NCBI GenBank assembly: GCA_963700635.1
Contig: CAVOYH010000006.1
Coordinates: 96,001-160,000, forward strand
Reading direction: 5' to 3'
DNA length: 64,000 bases
Origin: an uncultured Bacteroidota bacterium
GTDB taxonomy: Bacteria; Bacteroidota; Ignavibacteria; UBA10030; UBA6906
Position 1 is the stretch's first letter. Each line of letters starts with the position of its first letter. Below are positions 1 to 11,714 of this stretch, one piece after another. A program made the position numbers and the translations under genes. A model generated the notes under the pieces. It did no database searches and was not told the DNA's origin. It was given only the letters and a program-made list of their open reading frames with translations.

Positions 1-263
1 TCGCACTGGATATCACCGATATTACAAGACAGGACATACGGTACGAAAACTACATCGACCGGTTCCGGTTCGGAACGGAGTATCGGTTGGAGGCAATGAA
101 GGATATCCTGGGCATTGCGGGAAGAGTTGGAATGGCAGACCGGCAATGGACCCTTGGCGTGGGGCTCAATCTGTTTCGCGTGTTCCAGCTTGATGCGGCG
201 TATGCTCACGACAGCTACGTCAATGCCAGGTCATATTTTCTGCAGGCGAGACTGGGCTGGTAG
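1..263 (+). CDS. 3' end of a probable outer-membrane beta-barrel protein (partial, begins before the window)
   Basis: Frame from position 3 reads ...FRFGTEY...QWTLGVGLNLFRVFQLDAAY...SYFLQARLGW* (stop 261-263); alternating amphipathic strands and a C-terminal Trp typical of BAM substrates. Not in the ORF track. Confidence 0.6.
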   Translation, partial: ALDITDITRQDIRYENYIDRFRFGTEYRLEAMKDILGIAGRVGMADRQWTLGVGLNLFRVFQLDAAYAHDSYVNARSYFLQARLGW

Positions 264-328
264 AAGCCTGCCCCGGCACCTGGCGTCAGATCGATGTACT
301 CTGCACCGCCTCCGGTCGGGGGCGCACC

Positions 329-1207
329 TTATTCCCCCCCGTAACCCAGGCGCCGCAGCCACTCCGGGTTTTCTCTCCACTTCTCGCGCACTTTCACGTG
401 TAATTCCAGAAAGACGGGATGCCCGAGGAACTGTTCGATGTCTCTCCGCGCCTGCGCCCCCATTTCTTTCAGCATGGCCCCCTTTTTGCCTATCAAAATG
501 CCCTTCTGAGAGTCTCGCTCGACGTAGATGTCCGCAGCAATAAACCACTTTCCGTGTGCGCGCTCCTTAAACTCCAGCACCTCCACGGTTGTGGCATAGG
601 GCACTTCCTCATGGCAGGCACGGAAGACTTTTTCGCGGACAATCTCCGACACAAAGAACCGCTCACTTTGTTCACTGACGATATCCGGCGGATAGAGAGG
701 GGGGTGCAGAGGGAGAAGCGGGACGATCGTCTTTCGCAGTTCGTCGGTGCCGTCTCCTGTGAGGGCCGATATGGGGAACACTTCGCGAAACGGAAACGCG
801 TGGGAATAGAATTCGATAATCGGCAGGAGTGTGGGCTTCGGGACAAGATCAACTTTGTTGATGACCAGAATCACGGGTTTGTGGAGTTCCTGGAGTCTCC
901 GGAAGGCCTCGGCATGGGCAAGGTCTGACCCGATCTGGGGATCAAGAGCATCAATCATAAAGAGCAACACATCGGCATCAGCGATGGCACGGCCGGCGAA
1001 CTGCATCATCGCTTCCTGGAGCAGGTAGCGGGGTTTAATAATGCCGGGGGTGTCCAGGAAAACGATCTGGTACGACTCGTCCGAGAGAATTCCAAGAATC
1101 CGGTGGCGCGTGGTTTGAGGTTTGCTGCTGACGATGGAAATCTTCTGCTTGAGGACACGGTTGAGCAATGTGGATTTCCCGACATTCGGATCGCCCATGA
1201 TCGTCAC
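329..1207 (-). CDS. era: GTPase Era
   Basis: GDPNVGKST (G1), PQTTR, DTPG, NKVD motifs and C-terminal KH domain (SQKGILIGKKG). The in-frame sequence continues upstream as FRAGYVT, so the true start is likely near 1255 across a probable 1-nt indel. Confidence 0.95.
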   Translation of the reverse strand: MTIMGDPNVGKSTLLNRVLKQKISIVSSKPQTTRHRILGILSDESYQIVFLDTPGIIKPRYLLQEAMMQFAGRAIADADVLLFMIDALDPQIGSDLAHAEAFRRLQELHKPVILVINKVDLVPKPTLLPIIEFYSHAFPFREVFPISALTGDGTDELRKTIVPLLPLHPPLYPPDIVSEQSERFFVSEIVREKVFRACHEEVPYATTVEVLEFKERAHGKWFIAADIYVERDSQKGILIGKKGAMLKEMGAQARRDIEQFLGHPVFLELHVKVREKWRENPEWLRRLGYGGE

Positions 1208-1342
1208 GTACCCTGCCCGGAACGACGGGCCGGCGGCGGCTCCGACTGCTCCCTCACCCGCGATGGTCTCGATTTCCCTGTACTCCTTCCCGCATAGTTT
1301 CTCTGATGCTGTGTATCCCGATCCCGGATTGTATGGTCCGGG

Positions 1343-1702
<360 letters not shown>

Positions 1703-1715
1703 TCAACGTACTCGT

Positions 1716-4700
1716 TCATCGTCCGTGACACTGCTTGTACTTCTTTCCGCTGCCGCAGGGACATGGGTCGTTACGACCGATTTTCTCACCGACATGGATC
1801 GGCTGGGGTTTTCCGGCGCGTGCTGCTTGATCGGGACCTCCCGGCTGCCCTCCCGTTGCGCCGGGCGCTGGCTCCCGGTTCGGCCTGTACCCCATACCAT
1901 CAGCTGCGTCATGCGAGATCCTCATCTGCTGCGGACGTTGTGGTCCGCGCAATGGCAACTGCTGCATCTGCGTGGGGAAGAGCCGGAAGACCGTCGTCAC
2001 CGCCTCGGCATTAACCTGATCGAGGAGGTCCATGAACATCCGGAAGGCCTCGGTTTTGTACTCGACAAGCGGGTCTTTCTGTCCGTACGCACGGAGGTGA
2101 ATTCCCTCCTTAAGATCGTCCATTTCGCGCAGATGATCTTTCCACTTTTCATCGATCACCTGCAACACGACCATCTTTTCGATCTGCGCCATAAGATCGG
2201 CGCCGAGTTTTTCTTCCTTCCGCTGATAAAATTCCGCCGCGGCCTTGATGATTTCCTGGGTAACACCATCCTGGCCGATGTCCTGCCAGCGTGATGGGGT
2301 GATGACCAGCTCCACAAGGAGCGTGGCGCGCAGTTCATCCTGCAGGGGCTGGATCTGGCCATCTTCATAGTACTTCTCGACAAGCCGCTGGGCGTATTCC
2401 TCGACCAGGTCGAGAATATCCTCTTTGATCCGGTCTGCGGTAAGGGCCTTCCGCCGCCGCGTATAGATCACCTCGCGCTGCTGGTTCATCACATTGTCAT
2501 ATTCCAGCAGGCGCTTGCGGATGCCAAAGTTGTTTTCTTCCACTTTTTTCTGGGCGCGTTCAACGGAACGGGTGATCATCCGGTGCTGGATGACTTCACC
2601 TTCCTTTAACCCCATCCGTTCCATAATTCCGGCAATACGGTCGCTCCCGAACAGGCGCATCAGGTCGTCTTCAAGCGAGAGGAAGAATTGAGATGATCCC
2701 GGATCACCCTGCCGGCCGGATCGCCCGCGTAGCTGGCGGTCAATGCGCCTTGCCTCATGCCGTTCGGTACCGATGATGTGCAGTCCGCCCGCCTCGCGCA
2801 CACCGGGTCCGAGTTTGATGTCGGTTCCGCGACCGGCCATGTTGGTGGCGATCGTGATGGCTCCAGGGAGTCCGGCGTGGGCAACAATCTCTGCCTCACG
2901 TTCGTGGTGCTTTGCATTCAACACATTGTGCGTCACGTTCTTCCGTTTTAGCATCCTGCTGACGGTCTCGGAGACTTCAACGCTGGTGGTACCAACCAGC
3001 ACCGGCCGGCCCAGGGCGCGCATCCGGTCGATTTCTTCCGTCAGCGCGTTGTACTTTTCCCGCTTGGTCTTGTAGATATAATCGTCCATGTCCGAACGGA
3101 CCATCTTCCGATTCGTCGGCACCACCACAACATCCAGCTTGTAGATATCAAAAAATTCGCCTGCTTCAGTCTCTGCGGTGCCGGTCATGCCGGCCAGCTT
3201 GTTGTACAGGCGGAAGTAATTCTGGAGGGTGATCGTGGCGAGTGTCTGCATGTCCCGTTCGACCTTCACGCCTTCTTTGGCCTCGATGGCCTGGTGCAGG
3301 CCATCGGAGTACCGTCGTCCGGCCATCAGGCGGCCCGTGAACTCATCCACAATCATCACTTTGCCGTCATCGCTGACAACGTATTCATCGTCCTTCTCAT
3401 ACAGCGAATAGGCGCGCAAAAGCTGGGTCACCGTGTGAATCCGGTCACTACGCTCCGCATACGCCAGATTCAGCTCATCTTTTTTCGCCTGCCTCTGCTC
3501 GGGAGTGATGTCGGGGTCGTTCTCCAGAATGCTGAACTCCGTGCCGAGGTCCGGGAGCACAAAAAAGTCTTTGTCCCCCACGATCGGCGTAAGATAATTA
3601 CGCCCCTTTTCGGTCAGGCCAATTTGATGGTTCTTTTCGTCAATGGCATAGTAGAGCTCATCATCGATCTCAGGCATGCGCCGTGACTGATCCCTGAGAT
3701 ATTCAATCTCCGTCCGCTGCATGAGTTTTTTACGGGCGGGTTCGCTGAACACCTTCATCAGCCGGGGATGCTTGGGCAACCCGCGCGATGCCCTCAGCAA
3801 ATGTACTCCCGCCTCTTCTTCTTTCCCCTCCGCGAGCAGACGTTCCGCTTCCGCCACGGCCTTGGATATGAAGGTCTTCTGAGCGTTGACGATCCGGTCC
3901 ACCGCCGGTTTCATCTCGTTAAATTTATGGTCCTCACTTTTTGTCGGACCGCTGATGATGAGAGGCGTTCTGGCTTCATCGATCAGCACGGAATCCACTT
4001 CGTCAACGATCGCGTAAAAATGTTCGCGCTGGACCAGATCAATCTTTTCCACGACCATGTTGTCGCGCAGGTAGTCAAAGCCAAACTCGTTGTTCGTGCC
4101 ATAGGTGATGTCGCACGCATACTCCCGCCGGCGCTGGGAAGAGTCCATCGCATTCTGGATACACCCCACCGTGAGGCCGAGGAAGGTGTACACCTGTCCC
4201 ATCCAGATGCTGTCACGTTTTGCAAGGTAATCGTTGACCGTCACAAGGTGGACACCGCGTCCGGGAAGGGCGTTCAGGTAGATGGGCATTGTCGCGACAA
4301 GGGTCTTTCCCTCGCCGGTCGCCATCTCGGCAATCCTTCCCCGATGGAGCACCATGGCGCCTACAAGCTGGACATCGAAGGGCACCATATCCCAGACCGA
4401 GGGGTGGCCGAGCATATCAAATTTCCAACCCTGATCCTTCATGCGCTGGCAGGCACTCTTGACAACCGCGAATGCCTCGGGGAGGAGCGTATCAAGAAGG
4501 TCGGCGGTGATGTCATCCCGTTCTGTTTCCAGATCGGCGATCTGATCCAGAATACGTTCCCGGGAGGCTCCCTCCAGGGCTTCGGGAAGCTGCCTGCGCA
4601 GCTCCGCTATCTGTTCCTCCACATCATGGATTGCCTCACGAATACGACCGCGGAACTCTTCGGTCTTTCCCCGTAACTGATCATCGGACAGTTCGGCGTA

Positions 4701-4799
4701 CGCCTCTACATGGGCGTTGATTTCTTCCACCACGGGAAGAAACATCTTGACATCTTTTTCGTGTTTGCTTCCGAACAACTTTCTGGCAAATCCTAGCAT
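1716..4799 (-). CDS. secA: Preprotein translocase ATPase SecA
   Basis: [40 protein letters not shown]-terminal [18 protein letters not shown]; likely start ATG 4799 ([10 protein letters not shown]). Confidence 0.98.
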   Translation of the reverse strand: MLGFARKLFGSKHEKDVKMFLPVVEEINAHVEAYAELSDDQLRGKTEEFRGRIREAIHDVEEQIAELRRQLPEALEGASRERILDQIADLETERDDITADLLDTLLPEAFAVVKSACQRMKDQGWKFDMLGHPSVWDMVPFDVQLVGAMVLHRGRIAEMATGEGKTLVATMPIYLNALPGRGVHLVTVNDYLAKRDSIWMGQVYTFLGLTVGCIQNAMDSSQRRREYACDITYGTNNEFGFDYLRDNMVVEKIDLVQREHFYAIVDEVDSVLIDEARTPLIISGPTKSEDHKFNEMKPAVDRIVNAQKTFISKAVAEAERLLAEGKEEEAGVHLLRASRGLPKHPRLMKVFSEPARKKLMQRTEIEYLRDQSRRMPEIDDELYYAIDEKNHQIGLTEKGRNYLTPIVGDKDFFVLPDLGTEFSILENDPDITPEQRQAKKDELNLAYAERSDRIHTVTQLLRAYSLYEKDDEYVVSDDGKVMIVDEFTGRLMAGRRYSDGLHQAIEAKEGVKVERDMQTLATITLQNYFRLYNKLAGMTGTAETEAGEFFDIYKLDVVVVPTNRKMVRSDMDDYIYKTKREKYNALTEEIDRMRALGRPVLVGTTSVEVSETVSRMLKRKNVTHNVLNAKHHEREAEIVAHAGLPGAITIATNMAGRGTDIKLGPGVREAGGLHIIGTERHEARRIDRQLRGRSGRQGDPGSSQFFLSLEDDLMRLFGSDRIAGIMERMGLKEGEVIQHRMITRSVERAQKKVEENNFGIRKRLLEYDNVMNQQREVIYTRRRKALTADRIKEDILDLVEEYAQRLVEKYYEDGQIQPLQDELRATLLVELVITPSRWQDIGQDGVTQEIIKAAAEFYQRKEEKLGADLMAQIEKMVVLQVIDEKWKDHLREMDDLKEGIHLRAYGQKDPLVEYKTEAFRMFMDLLDQVNAEAVTTVFRLFPTQMQQLPLRGPQRPQQMRISHDAADGMGYRPNREPAPGATGGQPGGPDQAARAGKPQPIHVGEKIGRNDPCPCGSGKKYKQCHGR

Positions 4800-4831
4800 C
4801 TTCTTCACCGGTATTATGGTTCTAAAACCTA

Positions 4832-4860
4832 AATATAGCGACATTCCGCATGGCAAGCAA
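4832..4860 (-). promoter_or_regulatory. sigma70-type promoter for secA-glnB-era
   Basis: Minus strand TTGCTT-17 nt-TATATT about 30 nt upstream of the secA ATG. Confidence 0.45.
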
Positions 4861-4933
4861 TGAGTTGCATTTTCCTCAAAAGTTGCTGAATTTGCCTGTG
4901 AGAGTGCCCATACCACCCCCCCGAAAGGATCCC

Positions 4934-6395
4934 ATGGTTCGTTTCCTGTGCGCTGTTCTTCTCGTCAGTCTCCTGGCCGGATGTGCCGGGACAGAGCGTT
5001 TGACCCTAGCCCCTCCGCCATCGATGCGCATGCTCAGCGTTGCCTCATCACCCGAACTTAAGCGGCAGGTGGACGCCCTTCTTTCCGACTCGCTTTTTCC
5101 TCCTTCCAATGTGAGTGTGAAAATCGTGTCCCTCACACACAAGAAGGAACTCTATTCTCTGAATGAACGATTGCTCGGGAATCCTGCGTCCAACCAGAAG
5201 CTCTTCACATCGGCGGCCGCCCTTCACCTGCTTGGCAAAGACGCCACGTTTCCGACTGTCGTGGCGGCAGACACGTCAAACGAACCGTATTGTCATCAGC
5301 GGGTATGGCGACCCTCTTCTCTCGACCTCTGATCTGGACTCGATTGCCCGTTCCTGCGCGGGTCTCCTGCCTCAGGGGCGGACGTGGGATGTCCATGTTG
5401 ATGTCCGTTTTTTTGACAGCCTGTACTGGGGGGCGGGGTGGACCTGGGACGAAGAACCCGAGGCGTATGGGATGTTCATCTCCCCGCTCATGCTCAATAG
5501 CAATACCATCATGGTCGAGGTGATGCCGGCATCAACACCGGGAACCCCTCCGCTGGTACTTCTCGATCCACCAACAGCGTACACGCCCGTCGAAAACACA
5601 GCGATGACGATTGCCGACTCCGTCATCGATCCCCTGCGAGTATCCCGGAACTGGATGGGGCGCTCAAACACGATTACCGTCCGCGGGCAGGTGCCCCTCA
5701 CGGGCAGGACCCGGAGGGATCAATTCAGCGTCTGGCGGCCCGAACTCTACGCCGGGACCGTCTTCGCGGAGCGGTTGCAGAAATACGGCATTCTGACGAA
5801 CCGGGTGCTCGTAGATTCCCTGCCCGGCGATCATGACCCGCTGTTCACGTTCGAGCACAGGATTGACACGGTACTCACATTTCTCAACAAGGTCAGCGAC
5901 AATCTTTCCGCCGAGGCCCTGCTCAAGACTTTTGCGGCCCGCCGCCATGGTACACCGGGCTCGGCCAGAGCCGGCATCAGCCTTGTGTATGAATTCCTCG
6001 CACAGGCAGGGATTGACACCATGGCCATCGCCATCGCCGACGGATCCGGACTCTCACGGTACAATCTTACCTCCACCGCAACCATTATCCGCCTGCTCCA
6101 ACGTATGTACGCGGATACACTCCTCTTTCCGACGTTTTACAGAACATTGCCGATCGCGGGAGTGGACGGGACAATCGGGAGGCGCATGCAGGGAACCCCG
6201 GCCCAGGGGAATCTCCGGGCCAAGACCGGCACACTGAGCGGCGTGACGGCGCTATCGGGATATGTGCAGACGAAGGATGGAGAGTGGCTCGCATTCTCCA
6301 TCATGATGCACAACTATGCGGGAAGTTCCCGCCTCTACCGGGCAGTGCAGGATGACATCGGAGCGATCCTGGCCGGCATGCGGAGCACGGAATAA
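4934..6395 (+). CDS. dacB: D-alanyl-D-alanine carboxypeptidase/endopeptidase PBP4 (peptidase S13), lipoprotein; frameshifted near 5280
   Basis: ORF 4934-5332 carries the lipobox LAGC and catalytic PASNQK (SxxK); ORF to 6395 carries GYGDP, SDN, DGSGLS and KTGTL. Removing one A from TCAAAC at about 5278 joins them. Confidence 0.88.
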
Positions 6396-6398
6396 GTC

Positions 6399-8276
6399 TT
6401 ACGGGACAAAAAACACCGTTGCGAGCGGCGGTATGCATACCCTGATGGATTGTTCATGACCATGTGACGGCCAGGGTTCCGTCCAGACGCCACCTGCGTT
6501 CCCGGCATTCGAACCGGCGTACAACTCGCTGTCGCTGTTGAGAACCTCTTTCCAGAATCCCGCCACCGGGACCCCGAGACGGTATTGATCCCGGACCGCT
6601 GGCGTGAAGTTGCAGACAACCAGCATCTGACGCCCCTCCCTGTCCCGCCTTAAAAAACTGATAACGCTGTTCTCCCAGTCGTGGAAATCCACCCAGGAAA
6701 ATCCCTCATTCGAAAAATCCAGATCGTGCAGCTGCGGCGAAGCGCGATACAGGGTATTCAGGTCTCTCACCCACCGCTGAATCCCCTGCTGATACGGATA
6801 CTCCAGCACGTGCCATTCCACACTCTCTTCATGGCTCCATTCCCTCCACTGTCCCAGTTCATTCCCCATAAAGAGGAGTTTTTTTCCGGGATGCCCGAAC
6901 ATATACCCTAACAGCAGGCGCAGGTTGGCGTTCTTCTGCCATTCATCGCCGGGCATCTTCCCTGCAAGGGAACCTTTGCCATGCGTGACTTCATCATGGG
7001 ATATGGAGAGCACAAAGTTTTCGTAAAACGCGTACCAGATGCTGAAGGTCAGCTGATCGTGGTGGTACTTCCGGAACAACGGATCCTTGCTGATATACTG
7101 GAGCGTGTCATGCATCCATCCCATGTTCCATTTCATGCCGAATCCGAGTCCACCGACATAGACCGGACGTGAGACCATCGGCCAGTCCGTGGATTCTTCA
7201 GCGGTCATCTGGACATCGGGATAGTATTCATACACGGCTTCGTTCAGTTGTTTCAGGAACGCGATCGCCTCCAGGTTTTCCTTCCCCCCCCACTCGTTGG
7301 CGATCCACTCTCCTTCCGCGCGGGAATAATTCAGATACAGCATCGATGCAACGGCGTCAACCCGCAACCCGTCTACGTGATATCGATCCAGCCAGAACAA
7401 CGCGCTGCTGACAAGATACGCGCGTACTTCGTGCCGGCTGTAGTTGAAGATGTAGCTTTTCCAGTCCGGATGGTATCCCTGGCGCGGATCCATGTGTTCG
7501 AACAGATGGGTCCCGTCAAAGTACGCCAGACCGTGTTCATCTCCAGGGAAATGCGAGGGAACCCAGTCCAGGATGACACCGATTCCGTGTTGGTGAAGCA
7601 CGTCAACCAGGTACATAAAATCCTGGGGTGTTCCAAACCGGCTCGACGGTGCAAAAAAACCCACCGTCTGATATCCCCACGATCCATAAAAAGGGTGCTC
7701 CATCACGGGGAGGAATTCAACATGGGTAAAGCCCATATCCCGGACGTACTCCGCCAGTAGCGGCGCAGTTTCACGGTAGGTCAAGGATCTGTTGTGCTCC
7801 TCCGGCACCCTTCGCCAGGAACCCAGGTGAACTTCGTAGATGGACATCGGAGCGTGCAGCGCATTGGCCTCATGCCGCTCACTCATCCATGTCGAGTCAT
7901 TCCAGGAATAGGCGAGGTCCCGGACCACGGACCCCGTGCGCGGGGGCACCTCCCAGGAGGTAGCAAACGGATCCCCTTTGTCCACGACAAATCCGTTGTG
8001 CCGTGAACGAATGTGGTATTTGTAGACCGTTCCCTGCCCCGCCCCTCCAACAAAGAGCTCCCAGATACCGGAAGAATCCAGCCGCGGGGACATCGGGTGT
8101 GCAGTGTTCGACCAGGAGTTGAAGTCGCCGATAACGGAGACGGCTTCAGCGTTTGGGGCCCAGACTCGAAACCAGGTGCCTTCCTTCCCCTCCTGCTGCC
8201 CGGCGTGTGCCCCGAGTTCCTGATAAAGTCTGAAGTGACGGCCTTGCTTAAAGAGATAGACGTCGTGATCGGTCAT
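6399..8276 (-). CDS. glgB: 1,4-alpha-glucan branching enzyme
   Basis: GH13 motifs YEVHLGSW, SWGYQ, DWVPSHF, GLRVDAVASM, AEEST, SHDEVTHGKGSL; short N-terminus. Confidence 0.96.
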   Translation of the reverse strand: MTDHDVYLFKQGRHFRLYQELGAHAGQQEGKEGTWFRVWAPNAEAVSVIGDFNSWSNTAHPMSPRLDSSGIWELFVGGAGQGTVYKYHIRSRHNGFVVDKGDPFATSWEVPPRTGSVVRDLAYSWNDSTWMSERHEANALHAPMSIYEVHLGSWRRVPEEHNRSLTYRETAPLLAEYVRDMGFTHVEFLPVMEHPFYGSWGYQTVGFFAPSSRFGTPQDFMYLVDVLHQHGIGVILDWVPSHFPGDEHGLAYFDGTHLFEHMDPRQGYHPDWKSYIFNYSRHEVRAYLVSSALFWLDRYHVDGLRVDAVASMLYLNYSRAEGEWIANEWGGKENLEAIAFLKQLNEAVYEYYPDVQMTAEESTDWPMVSRPVYVGGLGFGMKWNMGWMHDTLQYISKDPLFRKYHHDQLTFSIWYAFYENFVLSISHDEVTHGKGSLAGKMPGDEWQKNANLRLLLGYMFGHPGKKLLFMGNELGQWREWSHEESVEWHVLEYPYQQGIQRWVRDLNTLYRASPQLHDLDFSNEGFSWVDFHDWENSVISFLRRDREGRQMLVVCNFTPAVRDQYRLGVPVAGFWKEVLNSDSELYAGSNAGNAGGVWTEPWPSHGHEQSIRVCIPPLATVFFVP

Positions 8277-8332
8277 GGTCTTCCCCCTTGTGTGCACGAG
8301 AACAGGGACCGAGCAGAGGGCCGGGAGCCCTT

Positions 8333-8674
8333 TTACTCTTCGGTCGTGGAGACACCCAGAAACCGGATCTCCACGTCTTTCAGAAGTTCTCTCACCGTAT
8401 CCACCTGCCCTGCGGCGACGTACAAGCGGGCAGGCTGAATGAGCGGACCGATGTCATTGAAGCTTTTGCCTTCGAAATGGTAAAGAATATCAGTCCCCTC
8501 GAGAATGGAACGGATAATCATGACATCGCCGGCATTGTACGTAGAGAGTATGCGAACAAATCCCTCGCCCGTGTGATCCGATTCAGGGGGGAGAACAGCG
8601 ACAAGAGGAACCCTGCAATCAGCACACTGGGCGACGCCCTCAACATACTCGGCCTTGCATTTTGGACAGAACAT
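8333..8674 (-). CDS. Zinc-ribbon plus DUF2007 (putative signal-transducing) protein
   Basis: MFCPKC..EY..G...CADC zinc ribbon followed by a DUF2007-like region (IIRSILEGTDI...LYV). Confidence 0.75.
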   Translation of the reverse strand: MFCPKCKAEYVEGVAQCADCRVPLVAVLPPESDHTGEGFVRILSTYNAGDVMIIRSILEGTDILYHFEGKSFNDIGPLIQPARLYVAAGQVDTVRELLKDVEIRFLGVSTTEE

Positions 8675-8705
8675 GGTTGCCTCCCGCGTTTGTGGTCTCC
8701 ATTAC

Positions 8706-8774
8706 AAGCTAACAAACGTCCGGGCCGGTGTCAAGGAAATGAGGAAAAGATGAAGCGTTGTGACTCCTCTCACA
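8706..8774 (-). promoter_or_regulatory. sigma70 promoter for DUF2007-glgB with an upstream CRP/FNR-type palindrome
   Basis: TTGACA (8729-8734)-17 nt-TAGCTT (8706-8711) on the minus strand; TGTGA-CTCCTC-TCACA at 8759-8774. Confidence 0.5.
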
Positions 8775-8836
8775 CGTGCGCCCGGCAGGGGACAGTTCCT
8801 CAGCCGGGCGCAGGGGGCACCGAAGATCGTGGATAC

Positions 8837-9745
8837 TTAGTCCAGAGGTTTGATGCGCACATTCCCGCCCGAGGTATGTGCGTAAATCAGTTCCCCTCCC
8901 CCATTAAGGGTCCCATTGATCCGTGACTCGCTGATCTTCCCGGTGACGGTCACCGGCAGGTCACAGATAACGTCACCTCCGCTTGTGGATGCATCGATTC
9001 TACCACCGACCGTTCTTCCAATCGCGACAGTCACGTTCCCGCCGGAGGTTTCGGCATGAATGCCCCGGTTGGCGCCGCGAACCTTGACCGACACGTTGCC
9101 GCCGGAAGTTTCGGCACGTACCTTCCCGTCCACTTCCTCCACACCAATATTTCCCCCTGAGGTCTCCGCCTCGACATTGCCGACGACATTCTTCACCTTC
9201 ACATTACCGCCGGACGTTTCGGCATGAACGTTCCCTTTGATTCCGTCCGCTTCGATGTCGCCCCCCGATGTCTCGACTTTTGACCCCCCCTCCACCTGTC
9301 TGAGCGTAATATCTCCACCTGATGTGCTCCCGTCCACCATCCCTTTGAGGTTGGAAATGTGTACATTCCCCCCCGATGTGCTGAGGCGGACGTTGTATTC
9401 TCTGGGAACGGTCACGGTAAATTCCACGGTCAAACGTGAACCGCTCAGGAACCGCCAGAAATCCTTAGGACCCTTCCCTGTCACCGTCACTCCACCCGCA
9501 TGGTGCTCGGCGTTGATGGTGAATACCTCGACATCACGATCACGGCCGTCGATCCGTGCAAGCACCACCACTTCATTGCCCGTTGTGCCGGTGATGGAAA
9601 TGGAACCGGCATCGGTCTCCAGCGACAATGTCCCACCGGGATTGACCTGGAACTTCTTTTCGAACTTCTTTTCACCGCCCCTGGCATTTCCGAGCGCCAG
9701 GGAAAGTAACACAAGAAGCAGCGCGCTATTTCGAAACATTTGCAT
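8837..9745 (-). CDS. DUF4097/adhesin-like beta-strand repeat protein, secreted
   Basis: N-terminal signal peptide; nine (S/E/H)TSGG(N/D)(V/I) repeats. Confidence 0.85.
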   Translation of the reverse strand: MQMFRNSALLLVLLSLALGNARGGEKKFEKKFQVNPGGTLSLETDAGSISITGTTGNEVVVLARIDGRDRDVEVFTINAEHHAGGVTVTGKGPKDFWRFLSGSRLTVEFTVTVPREYNVRLSTSGGNVHISNLKGMVDGSTSGGDITLRQVEGGSKVETSGGDIEADGIKGNVHAETSGGNVKVKNVVGNVEAETSGGNIGVEEVDGKVRAETSGGNVSVKVRGANRGIHAETSGGNVTVAIGRTVGGRIDASTSGGDVICDLPVTVTGKISESRINGTLNGGGELIYAHTSGGNVRIKPLD

Positions 9746-9880
9746 GGGGTAGTCTCCTGAGATAGTGAACGTCACATGGCAGCATGCTTTCTTAGACGGA
9801 AAGGAAGGTCAAAGGTTGCGGACTATTCTTTGCTTTTCGGAGGTGTTTTCACTACGTTGTGCCATTCACGGAGTACAAAC

Positions 9881-10870
9881 ATGTGGAAACGTATGCGGAT
9901 TACGGCCGGTATTCTTGTCTTCTGCCTGGTTGCCGGCTGTTCGCAGCAGAACCAAAATCAACAGGCCCATTCACCGTCACCTTCTCCTGTGCCTTCTGTG
10001 ACAAGCCAGATACCTTCAGTCCCGGTGTTCAGTGGAGAACGGGCTTTTTCGTACCTCCTCAAACAGACGTCCCACGGCCCGCGTAATCCAAACTCGGCAG
10101 GTCATGCTGCCTGCCGGAGTTATCTCATTACAACACTCCGGATGGTTGCCGACGATGTCCGGCTCCAGGAATTCGCCTCCGAGGGATACGATGGCGAAAC
10201 CCTGCACCTCACAAATATCATCGCCTCCTTTCGCCCGGAGATAAAGACCCGGTTGCTGCTCTGTGCCCATTGGGACACGCGCCCGAGGGCGGAACATGAT
10301 GAAAACAGGTCACGCCGTAATGAGCCGATTCTGGGGGCCAATGACGGTGCGAGCGGCGTTGCAGTCCTTCTTGAACTTGCGTCCCTCCTCCATAAGAACC
10401 CGCCCCCCGTGGGCGTGGATATTGTATTGTTCGACGGAGAAGATTACGGCAAGGAACACGACTACCAGCGGTATCTTATCGGATCACGCTACTTCGCCCG
10501 AACGAAGCCGGCGGACTACGTACCACGGTTCGGCATCTTGCTGGATATGGTCGGGGATTCGTACCTCGAAATCCCGAAGGAAGGAAATTCCGCGAAGTTC
10601 GCACCTGACATAGTCTCCCTCGTCTGGTCCACTGCCCGGGAGCTGGGCCTGAGGCAGTTTGTGGACGAACCCGGAGAGGAGATACTGGACGACCACGTAC
10701 CGCTGAATGAGGCGGGCATAAAGACCATCAATATTATCGATTTTAACTACCCGGACCAGACACACCGCTACTGGCACACGCACCAGGACACTCCCGAACA
10801 CTGCAGCGGGGAAAGCCTGGAAGCGGTCGGCACGGTGGTCACACATGTCGTGTACCGGCAGGGGATGTAG
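9881..10870 (+). CDS. M28 family peptidase / glutaminyl cyclase-like lipoprotein
   Basis: Lipobox VAGC; AHWDTRP, GANDGASGV, FDGEDYG, DDH, YWHT. Confidence 0.9.
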   Translation: MWKRMRITAGILVFCLVAGCSQQNQNQQAHSPSPSPVPSVTSQIPSVPVFSGERAFSYLLKQTSHGPRNPNSAGHAACRSYLITTLRMVADDVRLQEFASEGYDGETLHLTNIIASFRPEIKTRLLLCAHWDTRPRAEHDENRSRRNEPILGANDGASGVAVLLELASLLHKNPPPVGVDIVLFDGEDYGKEHDYQRYLIGSRYFARTKPADYVPRFGILLDMVGDSYLEIPKEGNSAKFAPDIVSLVWSTARELGLRQFVDEPGEEILDDHVPLNEAGIKTINIIDFNYPDQTHRYWHTHQDTPEHCSGESLEAVGTVVTHVVYRQGM

Positions 10871-10871
10871 C

Positions 10872-11714
10872 ATGATCGAGATAGCGATCCGCGCTACGGA
10901 AGAACTGCGGAACCAGCTCGTTGCACTGCTCGGTCAGCTTGGCGTGGAAGGATTCTGGGAAGATGACGACGTGCTGAAGTGTTATATTCCCGAACAACGG
11001 TGGTCGCGTGAGCTGCAGGAGGAAGTCCGCGCCGTGGTGGCCATGGTCGTGCGCTCAAGCACACAACCCCTGCCCGATATCCGCATCCAGTCCCTCCCCG
11101 ACCGAAACTGGAACGAAGAGTGGGAAAAGACCATCCAGCCCCTGCATGTAACTTCCCGGATCGTCATCACCCCGTCATGGCATGCCTACCAGGCAGCGGC
11201 CGGAGAGATCGTGCTGACGATTGATCCAAAAATGTCGTTCGGAACTGGATATCACGAGAGCACACGTTTGATACTGAAGCTGCTGGAACAGCATGTCCGT
11301 CCAGGCAATACCGTGCTCGACGTCGGGACCGGCACCGGGGTCCTGGCCATCGCGGCACTCCGACTCGGCGCGGCCAATGCCATTGCACTTGACATCGACG
11401 AGTGGTCGTATAACAACGCGCTGGAAAATGCCCATCTTAACGGTGTCAGCGATCGCCTGACGATTCTCCACGGCGACATCACGTCATCCCCTTCCCTTCT
11501 CCACGACCTTGTCGTCGCCAACATTCAACGAACCGTACTGATTCCTTTGCTTCCGGCATTGCGGTCGCGGTTAAAACCAAACGGGATGCTTCTCCTGGCC
11601 GGACTGCTCCAGCCTGACCGGGAGGGGATGGTCACCGCACTTGGTGAGGCAGGGTTTACTCTTCGCGAGGAGGTTGCGGAGAATGAATGGATTGCCCTCT
11701 CCGCGATACTCTAG
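10872..11714 (+). CDS. prmA: Ribosomal protein L11 methyltransferase
   Basis: NWNEEWEK, IDPKMSFGTGYHEST, VLDVGTGTGVLAI, VVANI. Confidence 0.93.
   Translation: MIEIAIRATEELRNQLVALLGQLGVEGFWEDDDVLKCYIPEQRWSRELQEEVRAVVAMVVRSSTQPLPDIRIQSLPDRNWNEEWEKTIQPLHVTSRIVITPSWHAYQAAAGEIVLTIDPKMSFGTGYHESTRLILKLLEQHVRPGNTVLDVGTGTGVLAIAALRLGAANAIALDIDEWSYNNALENAHLNGVSDRLTILHGDITSSPSLLHDLVVANIQRTVLIPLLPALRSRLKPNGMLLLAGLLQPDREGMVTALGEAGFTLREEVAENEWIALSAIL

Noticed and set aside
4800-4916. N-terminal extensions in the ORF track (secA, queG, nuoA/C/E/F, sppA, nrdJ, M28 peptidase)
   Set aside because: Longest-ORF artefacts; homology and RBS positions support downstream ATG starts.
8960-9390. Periodic ~57-nt DNA repeats that could resemble a CRISPR array
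   Set aside because: They are degenerate, in frame, and encode the TSGG beta-repeats of the DUF4097 protein; no cas genes present.
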